NCBI RefSeq assembly: GCF_000007985.2
Contig: NC_002939.5
Location: 3,300,001 to 3,332,000 of the forward strand
Length of the DNA: 32,000 nucleotides
Direction: 5' to 3'
Source: Geobacter sulfurreducens PCA
GTDB taxonomy: Bacteria > Desulfobacterota > Desulfuromonadia > Geobacterales > Geobacteraceae
This document shows positions 9,356 through 15,757 of the stretch, in pieces (the first letter of the stretch is position 1; each line of letters opens with the position of its first letter). The notes below the pieces were generated by a model, which saw nothing but the letters and a program-made list of their open reading frames with translations, was not told the origin of the DNA and did not search any database. Made by a program: the position numbers and the translations under genes.

Positions 9356-11098
9356 CGTGTCGAGGTCAATGGTATCGTAGTAGCTGGACGACTCGATCTG
9401 GAGGTTGTCCCGGAACTGGGCATAAACCGTCTTCTCGCCGTCGCTGGCAGGGATGGTCCAGCCGGTCCTGGTGGTTTTGTACGCTTCCCAGGCGCTCCAG
9501 GTGGCGTCATCGTTGCTGAAGCGCATCTGGGAGACCGGGTTGGCCCCGCCCCCCGCCGTGAGGTTCAGGGTAACGGTCGTAGAATTGGTGGCCGCGGCGC
9601 CGCCGTTGATCTTGACGGTCCCCGAGGGAGCAGCGGCGCCGATGCTGAACGCTGCCGTCACCTGGTTGCCGGAACGGGTGATATTGGTGACCGTGACACC
9701 GGTATTGAGCCCCCCGTAGCTCCTGCTCGACGGAACCGTGGCCGGACCGAAGGAAGCACCGGGAACGTAGTAGTCCCCCGCGTCGGCAGTGTTGTAGGAA
9801 AGGTTCTTCTCTATCTCCTCCAGGCCGTCGGCCTCCATGAGCCGCAGCAGTTTGCGGGCGGTGTCCGAATTGTTATAGAGGTAGTTGGTCCCGGAGGAGT
9901 TGAGTGTCGCATCCACATGCCAGATGAGGAGCCCGTCGTTGGGGTAGTGGACGTCGTTGCCGGCGCGGTGCCGGTTCTGGACCAGGAAATACTCGTCGAA
10001 GAGGTCGCTGGAGGTGATCCCCGGCATGATGAGGACCGCGTCGGTGGAGGTGGCGGAGGGGTTGAGGGTAATGGTCTGGGAGCCGCCGGCCACCACCACC
10101 GGGTCGATCCAGTCCAGAACCCACTTGCTGAAGGCGCTGTGGTCCCCCCAGTTGTGGTCCATCATGTCGAGGCCGCCAACCCCGCCCTTGGGTCCTGCAG
10201 TAGCACTGTAGTCGTAGTAGTCGGGAAGCCCCAGGGCATGGCCGGTCTCGTGAATCGTGACCAGGGGGCCGAACTGCTGACCGTAGGGGCTCCCCTCCCA
10301 CTGCCAGGAGTACTTGCCGAGGCGCTTCCCGTCGAGGAGATAGTTGAAGTCCGAAAACGAGGTGGCGTAGCCCCACCAGAACGATGCCCAGGGGCCGGCC
10401 GGCCCGGTCCAGATCACGAGGAAGTAGTCGATCTTGCCGTCGCTGTTGTTGTCGTACTGGGAGAAGTCGTGGCCCTGGGTATTAAAGTAGTTGAGGGCCT
10501 CCTTGATGAGGTTCTCGCGGCCGGCGGGCGTCTGGGTTACTGCACTCCGGCTGTAGCCGGGCCGGTACCACCCCAGCGTCGTCCCGCCGGAAAAATCGAG
10601 AAGGCCGTAGGATGAGCGGCTGTAGAATGCGGCGAGACTCTCGTAGGGGGCTTCGGCTGGGTTACCGGCGCCGAAGAGCTTGTCATGGACCGTGGCCTGG
10701 GGCGTTACGGCAGGGTAATCGGAGAAGTCGATGAGGAGGGCAAAGAGTTTCACGCTGCCAGTGGTGGGCATGCCGCTCCAGGCGGGAGGCGGTGCGTAGG
10801 CTCCCGCCATCTGGTCGGCCTCGTTTGCCGTGAACCCCTGCTGGCGGAGGGCTTTCTTCTTAGCCTTGTTGACGGCCCTCTTCACCAGCTCGGGATCAAT
10901 CTTGTGGTTGCCGATCTCCTCGGCGAACTTTTTCCGGTTCTCGAACTCGCCCGACTCCTTGAGCCGCTCGATCTCGCCCGGCTCCGGGAGTTGCATGGCC
11001 ACAGCCGCCCCCCCGAAGAGCAGCAGGGCAGAAACCACAACCACCAGTCCACCGCGCATTACAGCCAGCCGCCAAATCCCTCTCCCCCAACTTCCCAT
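5621..11098 (-). CDS. Giant secreted M6-family (immune inhibitor A-like) zinc metallopeptidase with 8 Ig-like and 7 chitobiase/hexosaminidase-C-like (CHB_HEX_C) tandem domains. It is 1825 aa from the chosen start.
   Basis: HETGHALGLPDYYD (HEXXH coded at 10238-10252) is in an InhA-like N-terminal region. The predicted Sec signal peptide is MGSWGRGIWRLAVMRGGLVVVVSALLLFGGAAVA/MQ. The motif ETATIYYTTNGTTPTTAS..Y.GPI...LKFFAVDQAGNAE recurs 7 times. The start is set at ATG 11098, 8 nt after GGAGG, because the ORF-track start 11236 lies upstream of the putative promoter. Confidence 0.85.
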   Translation of the reverse strand: MGSWGRGIWRLAVMRGGLVVVVSALLLFGGAAVAMQLPEPGEIERLKESGEFENRKKFAEEIGNHKIDPELVKRAVNKAKKKALRQQGFTANEADQMAGAYAPPPAWSGMPTTGSVKLFALLIDFSDYPAVTPQATVHDKLFGAGNPAEAPYESLAAFYSRSSYGLLDFSGGTTLGWYRPGYSRSAVTQTPAGRENLIKEALNYFNTQGHDFSQYDNNSDGKIDYFLVIWTGPAGPWASFWWGYATSFSDFNYLLDGKRLGKYSWQWEGSPYGQQFGPLVTIHETGHALGLPDYYDYSATAGPKGGVGGLDMMDHNWGDHSAFSKWVLDWIDPVVVAGGSQTITLNPSATSTDAVLIMPGITSSDLFDEYFLVQNRHRAGNDVHYPNDGLLIWHVDATLNSSGTNYLYNNSDTARKLLRLMEADGLEEIEKNLSYNTADAGDYYVPGASFGPATVPSSRSYGGLNTGVTVTNITRSGNQVTAAFSIGAAAPSGTVKINGGAAATNSTTVTLNLTAGGGANPVSQMRFSNDDATWSAWEAYKTTRTGWTIPASDGEKTVYAQFRDNLQIESSSYYDTIDLDTVAPVAVVVANSPLAGPTKATTFGFGVNGGDVVSYKYKINSGAWSAEIPVKTSMNIVGLVNGSYTLSVVGKDAAGNWQSTASPTTVSWDVDTIKPVTTASPAGGTYAAAQTVTLSSSETATIYYTTNGTTPTTASPQYSGPITVTPTSTLKFFAVDQAGNAEAVKSLVYQLPPVAALTGVPAARTKATVAAITVGGATAVAYKFRLDNGTWSAETPIATKISLSALAAGSHTVDVIAKNALGAWQTTATTASWTVDLAAPVTTASLAAGIYKPGQTVSLSASETATVYYTTNGTTPTTASAKYSAPLAINTSTTLKFFAVDQAGNAEAIKTNIYTITLVSGTPPTTTKLATATLTVAGIGVSAYKYSLDGGALSAEIPVATKISLTALGTGLHTVSVIGKTAAGVWQVAPTAVSWTVEQTAPTTTASPAGGTYAASQTVTLTADETATIYYTITGLAPTTSSAKYTGPITVAPTKVLKFFAVDQAGNAEAVKTEIYALPVTAIIAGTPAAKTKYTTATLTVGGSGVVAYKRSVDGGAWSAETPVATKIALTGLAAGAHRVDVIAKNAAGGWQDDQAPTTVQWTVDLTPPVTTASPAGGTYATPQTVNLSADETATIYYTTNGTTPTTASAKYVGPIPLPATATLKYFAIDPAGNAEAVKTQSYALPPLAVINGVPVASKATSVTLTIGGVGVVAYKYKLDGGSWSAEIPVATKTAITGLSEGAHTVSVIGKSVAGTWQATSVASSKSWIVDLTAPTTAASLAAGVYKGGQAVTLSPDETATVYYTTNGTTPTTASAKYTAPLTVNATSTLKFFAIDTAGNVEAVKTFSYVIVTLAGAPGGTTKLTSATLTVGGSGVAAYKFKLDNGAWSAETPLATKISLAGLAAGTHTVSVVGRNGSGVWQANADATTASWTVEVAPPVTSASPAGGTYDAPQVVTLSANETATIYYTLTGAAPTTASSKYAAPVSVAPGKTLKFFAVDQHGNAEAVKTEIYAPSPLAVLSGTPATFSRATSATLTVGGTGVVAYRWKLDSGAWSSETPVATKIVLSGLASGSHAVAVLGKNLVGTWQDVPTAVAWTVDISAPVTTASVPGGTYASAQSVELYSSETATIYYTVNGAAPTTASPKYTGPIVIGTTQSLKYFAVDQAGNVEGVKAQSFTIKPAAVINGIPADPTTATTATFTVGGPYVVSYKYKLDNGVWSVEIPVTQARSLAGLADGTHMLSVLGKNAGGTWQTVETTAVWTIQ

Positions 11099-11203
11099 GA
11101 CAGTACCTCCATACATCTGAATGGCCCCGTCCCTGGGAAGTATGCTTGACAAACACTCCAGCGGGAGAATCGTTGTTTTCCCATTATTTACATATATCGG
11201 CAG

Positions 11204-11230
11204 GTACGGAGAAAACTTTACATCTATTCG
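11204..11230 (-). promoter_or_regulatory. Near-consensus sigma28 (FliA) promoter of the giant peptidase gene
   Basis: The minus strand reads TAAAGTTT (11230-11223), tctccgtacct (11 nt), then GCCGATAT (11211-11204), compared with TAAAGTTT-N11-GCCGATAA. It lies about 100 nt upstream of ATG 11098. Confidence 0.7.
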
Positions 11231-11300
11231 ATTCAACGAAATCGATATCGAGGAACTACTCCAAGCTATTTAGGTGAACGCGGAGGAACTGACTAACCAA

Positions 11301-11316
11301 TGTCACAAAATTGACA
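11301..11316. promoter_or_regulatory. Inverted repeat TGTCA-N6-TGACA, a candidate transcription-factor or enhancer-binding site in the divergent control region
   Basis: TGTCAcaaaatTGACA has perfect 5-bp arms. The inner 14-mer GTCACAAAATTGAC resembles the FleQ box as I recall it (GTCaNTAAAtTGAC). A half-site AATTGACAC recurs at 11508-11516. Confidence 0.3.
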
Positions 11317-11550
11317 CAAGGCTAGACAAAGAGAAATACTCTCTCCCTCAATACCGAAGCATGCATTTTGTCTGAGGTCAGAACGTATAAGCGTTCAAGT
11401 CAGAATCAAAATTAGAGAAATCCCTCTAAAACAAACTACAAAACGGCGAGCCGCAATTATTTCGCCCCAACAGCATTCAACATTTTGACCCACAAAAGCA
11501 AAATCGCTAATTGACACGCAATTCTTGCAACTTACATCACACCAAGCCGT

Positions 11551-11566
11551 CGGCACGTAGGTTGCA
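11551..11566 (+). promoter_or_regulatory. Sigma54 (RpoN) -24/-12 promoter at the head of the glycosylation gene train
   Basis: cGGCACGtaggTTGCA matches TGGCACG-N4-TTGCW at all core positions except the first T. It lies 60 nt upstream of ATG 11626. An IHF-like ATTCAAcattTTG sits at 11475-11487. Confidence 0.55.
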
Positions 11567-11625
11567 GTCACTATTCCTGACAATATATCCTTGGACTAAT
11601 AGTCCACAACCCCGGAGAACCGACC

Positions 11626-11820
11626 ATGACCAATAATTTTGCCCTTATCGGCGCAGGTGGCTACATCGCACCCCGTCATCTCCAAGCAATCAGGGACACC
11701 GGCAACCGGCTCGTGGCGGCTCTCGAAAAGAGCGAATCTGTGAGAATTCTCGACCGACACTTCGACAATGTCTCGTTTTTCGTCGAGTTCGAGCGGTTCG
11801 ATCTCCACGCGGTCGCCTGA
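11626..11820 (+). pseudogene. Truncated N-terminal remnant (64 codons) of a Gfo/Idh/MocA NAD-dependent sugar oxidoreductase (WbpB-like)
   Basis: MTNNFALIGAGGYIAPRHLQAIRDTGNRLVAALEKSESVRILDRHFDNVSFFVEFERFD matches the Rossmann N-terminus of WbpB-type UDP-sugar 3-dehydrogenases, which are about 310-350 aa. The frame ends five codons after FERFD. The RBS GGAGA is intact. Confidence 0.65.
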
Positions 11821-11872
11821 CATCATTAGCGCGAAAACGAAAACTCCTTAAGTTTGCATGGAGGATATGTTC

Positions 11873-12631
11873 ATGGGTACATCAGGTATGCAATGCGAAA
11901 AGAAATTCCTGGATAAAGCATGCAGCACCTACAAAACTGCTGGCTCTTACCAGCAGCAGGCAATGAAGGACCTTATATTGCGGACTTTTTTGCCCTACAT
12001 GACAAACAATACAAAATCTGTATGTCTGTCTTTGGGATATGCTGAAGGGTATGAGGCTAAGATACTTTCCGAATGCGTGAAAGAACTTGATGTCATAGAA
12101 GGATCTCAGCAATTCTATGAACAAGGATTGGAAGACAACATCGCAAATGTTACACTCCACTATTCCTTATTTGAAGATTTTATACCTGAGAACAACAAAA
12201 AGTATGATTACATTTGTGCTAATTATGTGCTCGAACACGTTGAAAACGTTACCATTGTTCTGTCGTCTTTGAAAGAGATGCTTAAAGATGACGGATTGAT
12301 TTTTTCAGTTGTCCCCAATGCCCGAGCGTTTTCACGTCAACTTGCACTCCACATGGGCCTTATCGATGATCTTAAGGGCCTTACCGAAAACGACATCAAC
12401 CATGGACATAGGAGAGTGTACGATCGGGTAGCATTCAATCGCGATCTGGAAGGAGCCGGACTTTCAATAATCGCTCAAGGCGGTATAATGCTCAAACCCC
12501 TTGCGGATTTTCAGATGGACAAGCTCATTGATACTGGAATCCTCCAGACAGAACACCTCAACGGACTCTACAGGCTGGGAATGGAATATCCTGATTTTTG
12601 CAGTGCCTTATATGCCATTTGCAAAAAATAG
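11873..12631 (+). CDS. Class I SAM-dependent methyltransferase
   Basis: YDYICANYVLEHVENVTIVLSSLKEMLKDDGLIFSVVPN is a Methyltransf_11/23-like post-I/II region. The start is chosen at ATG 11873, 7 nt after GGAGGA; in-frame alternative ATGs are at 11858 and 11867. Confidence 0.75.
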   Translation: MGTSGMQCEKKFLDKACSTYKTAGSYQQQAMKDLILRTFLPYMTNNTKSVCLSLGYAEGYEAKILSECVKELDVIEGSQQFYEQGLEDNIANVTLHYSLFEDFIPENNKKYDYICANYVLEHVENVTIVLSSLKEMLKDDGLIFSVVPNARAFSRQLALHMGLIDDLKGLTENDINHGHRRVYDRVAFNRDLEGAGLSIIAQGGIMLKPLADFQMDKLIDTGILQTEHLNGLYRLGMEYPDFCSALYAICKK

Positions 12632-12671
12632 TATTTGTACACAGCTTGGTATTTTCAGGGATGGCGATTCA

Positions 12672-14630
12672 ATGAACAAGCGCAAGATCGATATGCTCAT
12701 GAAAGACTGCTATGAGCTGACTGTCACTGCCCTCACAATCAGAAAAGTTGAAGAACGTCTATTGGAGCTCTTTTCTGAAGGAGTACTCAACGGAACAATC
12801 CACACCTGTATCGGACAGGAGTGGACCGGAGTGGCGGTTGCAAACGCACTGCAAGCGGGAGATACAGTTTTCTCCAATCACCGCGGTCATGGACATTATA
12901 TTGCCCTGACTGGTGATGTTTATGGACTTATCGCAGAAATCATGGGCAAAGACGACGGTGTCTGCGGAGGCGTTGGAGGTAGCCAGCATCTACATACAGA
13001 AAACTTCTTCTCTAACGGGATTCAAGGCGGAATGGTGCCGGTCGCGGCTGGAAGAGCCTTGGCAAACGCGCTTCAAGGCAACAATGCAATTTCAGTGGTT
13101 TTTATCGGAGATGGAACTCTTGGAGAAGGTGTTATCTATGAAACGTTTAACATCGCATCCAAATGGCAGTTGCCACTGTTAGTTGTCCTGGAAAACAATC
13201 AGTACGCTCAGTCCACACCCACATCCCTGACATTGGCAGGCAATATACGGGACCGCGTACGTGGCTTCGGCATAGAATATATCAAGTGTGACACATGGGA
13301 CATCGCCGGGCTGCTTGACTCTGCAAAAGAGGCCGTTGATTGCGTACGCAAGAACCAAAAGCCTGTATTGCTCGAAATTGATACATACCGGCTGAAAGCC
13401 CACTCGAAGGGAGATGATCTTAGAGACCCTGTAGAGATCAGCCGCTACGCTGGGCAGGACAGCATAAATGCTCTACTGGAATCTGACGTTCCAAGAGTCG
13501 CTGAAACCGTCAATCAAATCGACAGCAATATCCAACAGGCAATCACCAAAGCCAGGGAAGCGACATTATGTTCTTTCGCTCCGGCATCGAACAGTGTTCG
13601 ACAGTATCAATCAGTTACGTGGAGAACTGAATCCTTTGCCAGACAAAGAATAATCACCTCAATCAATTTATCATTGCAATCGCTTCTGGAAAACAACTCT
13701 AAGGCAGTAATTATCGGGGAGGACATTGAAGCCCCCTACGGAGGAGCTTTCAAAGCCACAAAGGATCTGAGTACGTTGTTCCCGGGAAGAGTCAAGAACA
13801 CCCCCATCAGCGAGGGAGCGATTACAGGCGTAGGCATCGGTCTGGCACTGAGCGGATTTCTTCCCGTTGTGGAGATAATGTTCGGCGACTTCATGACTCT
13901 AACCTTTGACCAACTGCTTCAACACGCCGGTAAATTCTGTGAGATGTATGGCAAGGATCTCGACGTACCCTTGATCATTCGCACTCCCATGGGCGGACGT
14001 CGGGGTTATGGCCCAACACACAGCCAATCTTTGGAGAAATTTTTTCTCGGCATACCGAATCTGGAGGTCATTGCGTACAACCATAGAGTTTCTCCCGCCC
14101 TGATCTTTGGAAATCTGTGCAAGACGATCCGCAGGCCAACTCTCATCATCGAAAACAAGGTCCTCTATACTCAGCACGTAGACAGTACTCCCATGCCTGG
14201 ATTCCGCATCAATATTTCCGACGAACTATTCCCAACCGTCAGAATATCGCCAAGTACCGGAGATCCGCAAGTGACGCTTGTCTGTTACGGGGGAATGCTT
14301 GCGGAGGTTGAGATAGCCGCAGCCGCGGCTTTCGACGAAAACGAAATACTCTGCGAGATCATATGTCCGAGCATTATCAATCCTCTCAATGCATACCCCA
14401 TTCTTGAGTCGGCACGGAAAACCAGGAGGCTGATAACCGTAGAAGAAGGACCGAGCATAGCCGCCCTGGGCAGCGAGGTAGCCGCCCGAATACTTGAACA
14501 TTCGCTTCCCATTGCCCATTACAGTCGTATCGGTTACGACTCTACCATTCCATCATCAGCCAGCCGTGAATCCAGATTGATAACAAATGCCGAATCAATC
14601 TTTGAACGTATTGTGGAGATTTTCAAATGA
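12672..14630 (+). CDS. Single-chain TPP-dependent 2-oxoacid dehydrogenase E1 component (fused alpha and beta subunits)
   Basis: The alpha half has HTCIGQEW...NHRGHGHYIA and the TPP motif GDG (13107-13115)...ENN (13191-13199). The beta half has AVIIGEDIEAPYGGAFKATKDL...NTPISEGAITGVGIGLALSGFLPVVEIMFGDF. The start at ATG 12672 avoids overlap with the upstream gene. Confidence 0.85.
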   Translation: MNKRKIDMLMKDCYELTVTALTIRKVEERLLELFSEGVLNGTIHTCIGQEWTGVAVANALQAGDTVFSNHRGHGHYIALTGDVYGLIAEIMGKDDGVCGGVGGSQHLHTENFFSNGIQGGMVPVAAGRALANALQGNNAISVVFIGDGTLGEGVIYETFNIASKWQLPLLVVLENNQYAQSTPTSLTLAGNIRDRVRGFGIEYIKCDTWDIAGLLDSAKEAVDCVRKNQKPVLLEIDTYRLKAHSKGDDLRDPVEISRYAGQDSINALLESDVPRVAETVNQIDSNIQQAITKAREATLCSFAPASNSVRQYQSVTWRTESFARQRIITSINLSLQSLLENNSKAVIIGEDIEAPYGGAFKATKDLSTLFPGRVKNTPISEGAITGVGIGLALSGFLPVVEIMFGDFMTLTFDQLLQHAGKFCEMYGKDLDVPLIIRTPMGGRRGYGPTHSQSLEKFFLGIPNLEVIAYNHRVSPALIFGNLCKTIRRPTLIIENKVLYTQHVDSTPMPGFRINISDELFPTVRISPSTGDPQVTLVCYGGMLAEVEIAAAAAFDENEILCEIICPSIINPLNAYPILESARKTRRLITVEEGPSIAALGSEVAARILEHSLPIAHYSRIGYDSTIPSSASRESRLITNAESIFERIVEIFK

Positions 14631-15742
14631 TGAAAACAATGGACATAATCATTCCCAGAGAATTTGTCAGCGACGACCAGTACCTGCTCCAGAAACTCTG
14701 TGTCGTGAACAATGACTTTGTAAAAGAAGGAGAGATACTTGCCCTGATCGAATCATCAAAATCTGTCATTGACGTTACGAGTCCGGCTGATGGCTATGTC
14801 TATTTTTTCTCTGACGAAGGAGACATTGTGAGTGTCGGCGAGAGGTTGGCCTTGCTCGCATCAACCAAGGAGGCATTACAGGTTGAAATAGAGAATTCCA
14901 ACAAGAACTCTCAGCGTCGCAAGGAGAGTGAGACAAAGAGCGAGGACGTTTCATTGTCTGGCGTGAGGTGCTCCAAGAAGGCATTGCTTCTGATGAAACA
15001 GCACAATATCGATGTAGGAGCATTTGATGGTCTCGGGATGGTTACGGCGCAGGACGTAGAGCACTATCTCTCCAGCAGGGAAAAAGCCGTTAAAGCGACA
15101 GTAGCTCCATCTTCCGTAAATAGGCAGAAAATCATCATCCTTGGTGGCGGAGGACATTCAAAAGTATGCATAGACATACTGCGCCAGGCACAATCTTTCA
15201 CAATCGCAGGAATTCTCGACTCTATCCAGGACATTGGCGCAGAAGTGCTGGGAATCCCGGTCATTGGAAGAGACACAATGCCGGAACTACTCAAGACCAG
15301 AGAGAGTGGCATCTCCCTTGCGGTTAACGGGATTGGACTCATTCCGGATCACCGGAACAGATGCAAGCTTTTTGAGAGGCTATTGGAGGCCGGCTTTCAT
15401 CTCCCTAACCTCATACACCCCAAGGCATCAATCGAACCTTCGGCAAAACTCGGCGAAGGGAACCAGATCATGGCAGGAGCCATTATCGGGAGCGATGTCA
15501 CAGTAGGAAACTACTGTCTCATAAACTCGGGAGTCGTCGTCTCGCACGACTGTATCATCGACGACCACGTCCACCTGGCCCCCGGTGCGCTGCTTGCAGG
15601 AGCAGTCAGAGTTGGAAGAAACTCTTTGATCGGCATGGGCGTTACAATCTACGCAAAAGTAACAATAGGAAGCAACGTAGTTATAGCCAACGGCGCCAAC
15701 GTGTTTCACGATGTGCCGGACAACACCGTCGTCAAGATTTGA
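14627..15742 (+). CDS. Fusion protein: lipoyl-attachment domain, then peripheral-subunit-binding domain, then NeuD/PglD-family left-handed beta-helix sugar N-acyltransferase
   Basis: aa 5-80 carry GEILALIESSKSVIDVTSPADGYV, with the candidate lipoyl-Lys45 codon at 14759-14761. aa 112-148 read KKALLLMKQHNIDVGAFDGLGMVTAQDVEHYL. aa 167-371 carry KIIILGGGGHSKVCIDIL...IHPKASIEPSAKLGEGNQIMAGAIIGSDVTVGNYCLINSGVVVSHDCIIDDHVHLAPGA... hexapeptide repeats. There is an ATGA overlap with the E1 stop. Confidence 0.82.
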   Translation: MMKTMDIIIPREFVSDDQYLLQKLCVVNNDFVKEGEILALIESSKSVIDVTSPADGYVYFFSDEGDIVSVGERLALLASTKEALQVEIENSNKNSQRRKESETKSEDVSLSGVRCSKKALLLMKQHNIDVGAFDGLGMVTAQDVEHYLSSREKAVKATVAPSSVNRQKIIILGGGGHSKVCIDILRQAQSFTIAGILDSIQDIGAEVLGIPVIGRDTMPELLKTRESGISLAVNGIGLIPDHRNRCKLFERLLEAGFHLPNLIHPKASIEPSAKLGEGNQIMAGAIIGSDVTVGNYCLINSGVVVSHDCIIDDHVHLAPGALLAGAVRVGRNSLIGMGVTIYAKVTIGSNVVIANGANVFHDVPDNTVVKI

Positions 15743-15757
15743 CGTAATGGTTGCCAA

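Noticed and set aside
5621-11098. The giant sigma28-driven metallopeptidase could be a proteolytic giant flagellin (flagellinolysin-like).
   Set aside because: The N-terminus is a Sec-type signal peptide, not a flagellin D0/D1 helix region. The C-terminus is an Ig-like domain without a flagellin C-terminal helix. The peptidase is at the N-terminus rather than in a central hypervariable region.
11099-11236. The ORF-track N-terminal extension of the giant peptidase (start at 11236, or at 11116).
   Set aside because: The proposed sigma28 promoter (11204-11230) lies inside this extension. ATG 11098 has a GGAGG 8 nt upstream and begins a canonical signal peptide.
11427-11457. TAAAacaa...GCCGCAAT as a fourth sigma28 promoter, on the plus strand.
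   Set aside because: The spacing between TAAA and GCCG is about 19 nt instead of 15, and the -35 beyond TAAA does not match.
11511-11529. TTGACACGCAATTCTTGCA as a possible sigma54 promoter.
   Set aside because: It lacks the GG dinucleotide, and the spacing to TTGC is 7 nt rather than 5. The neighbouring cGGCACGtaggTTGCA at 11551-11566 fits much better. It may instead be a weak sigma70 -35 or a regulator half-site.
11395-11826. Small minus-strand ORFs 11395..11583 (62 aa) and 11596..11826 (76 aa) in or near the AT-rich intergenic region.
   Set aside because: They have no RBS or recognisable motif. One lies across the promoter region and the other is antisense to the oxidoreductase remnant.
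12501-12671. The N-terminal extension of the E1 ORF that overlaps the methyltransferase gene by 131 nt.
   Set aside because: The extension has no E1 similarity. The conserved E1 sequence begins after Met at 12672, which removes the overlap. The same logic was applied to 27452-27568, 3875-3934 and 3929-4036.
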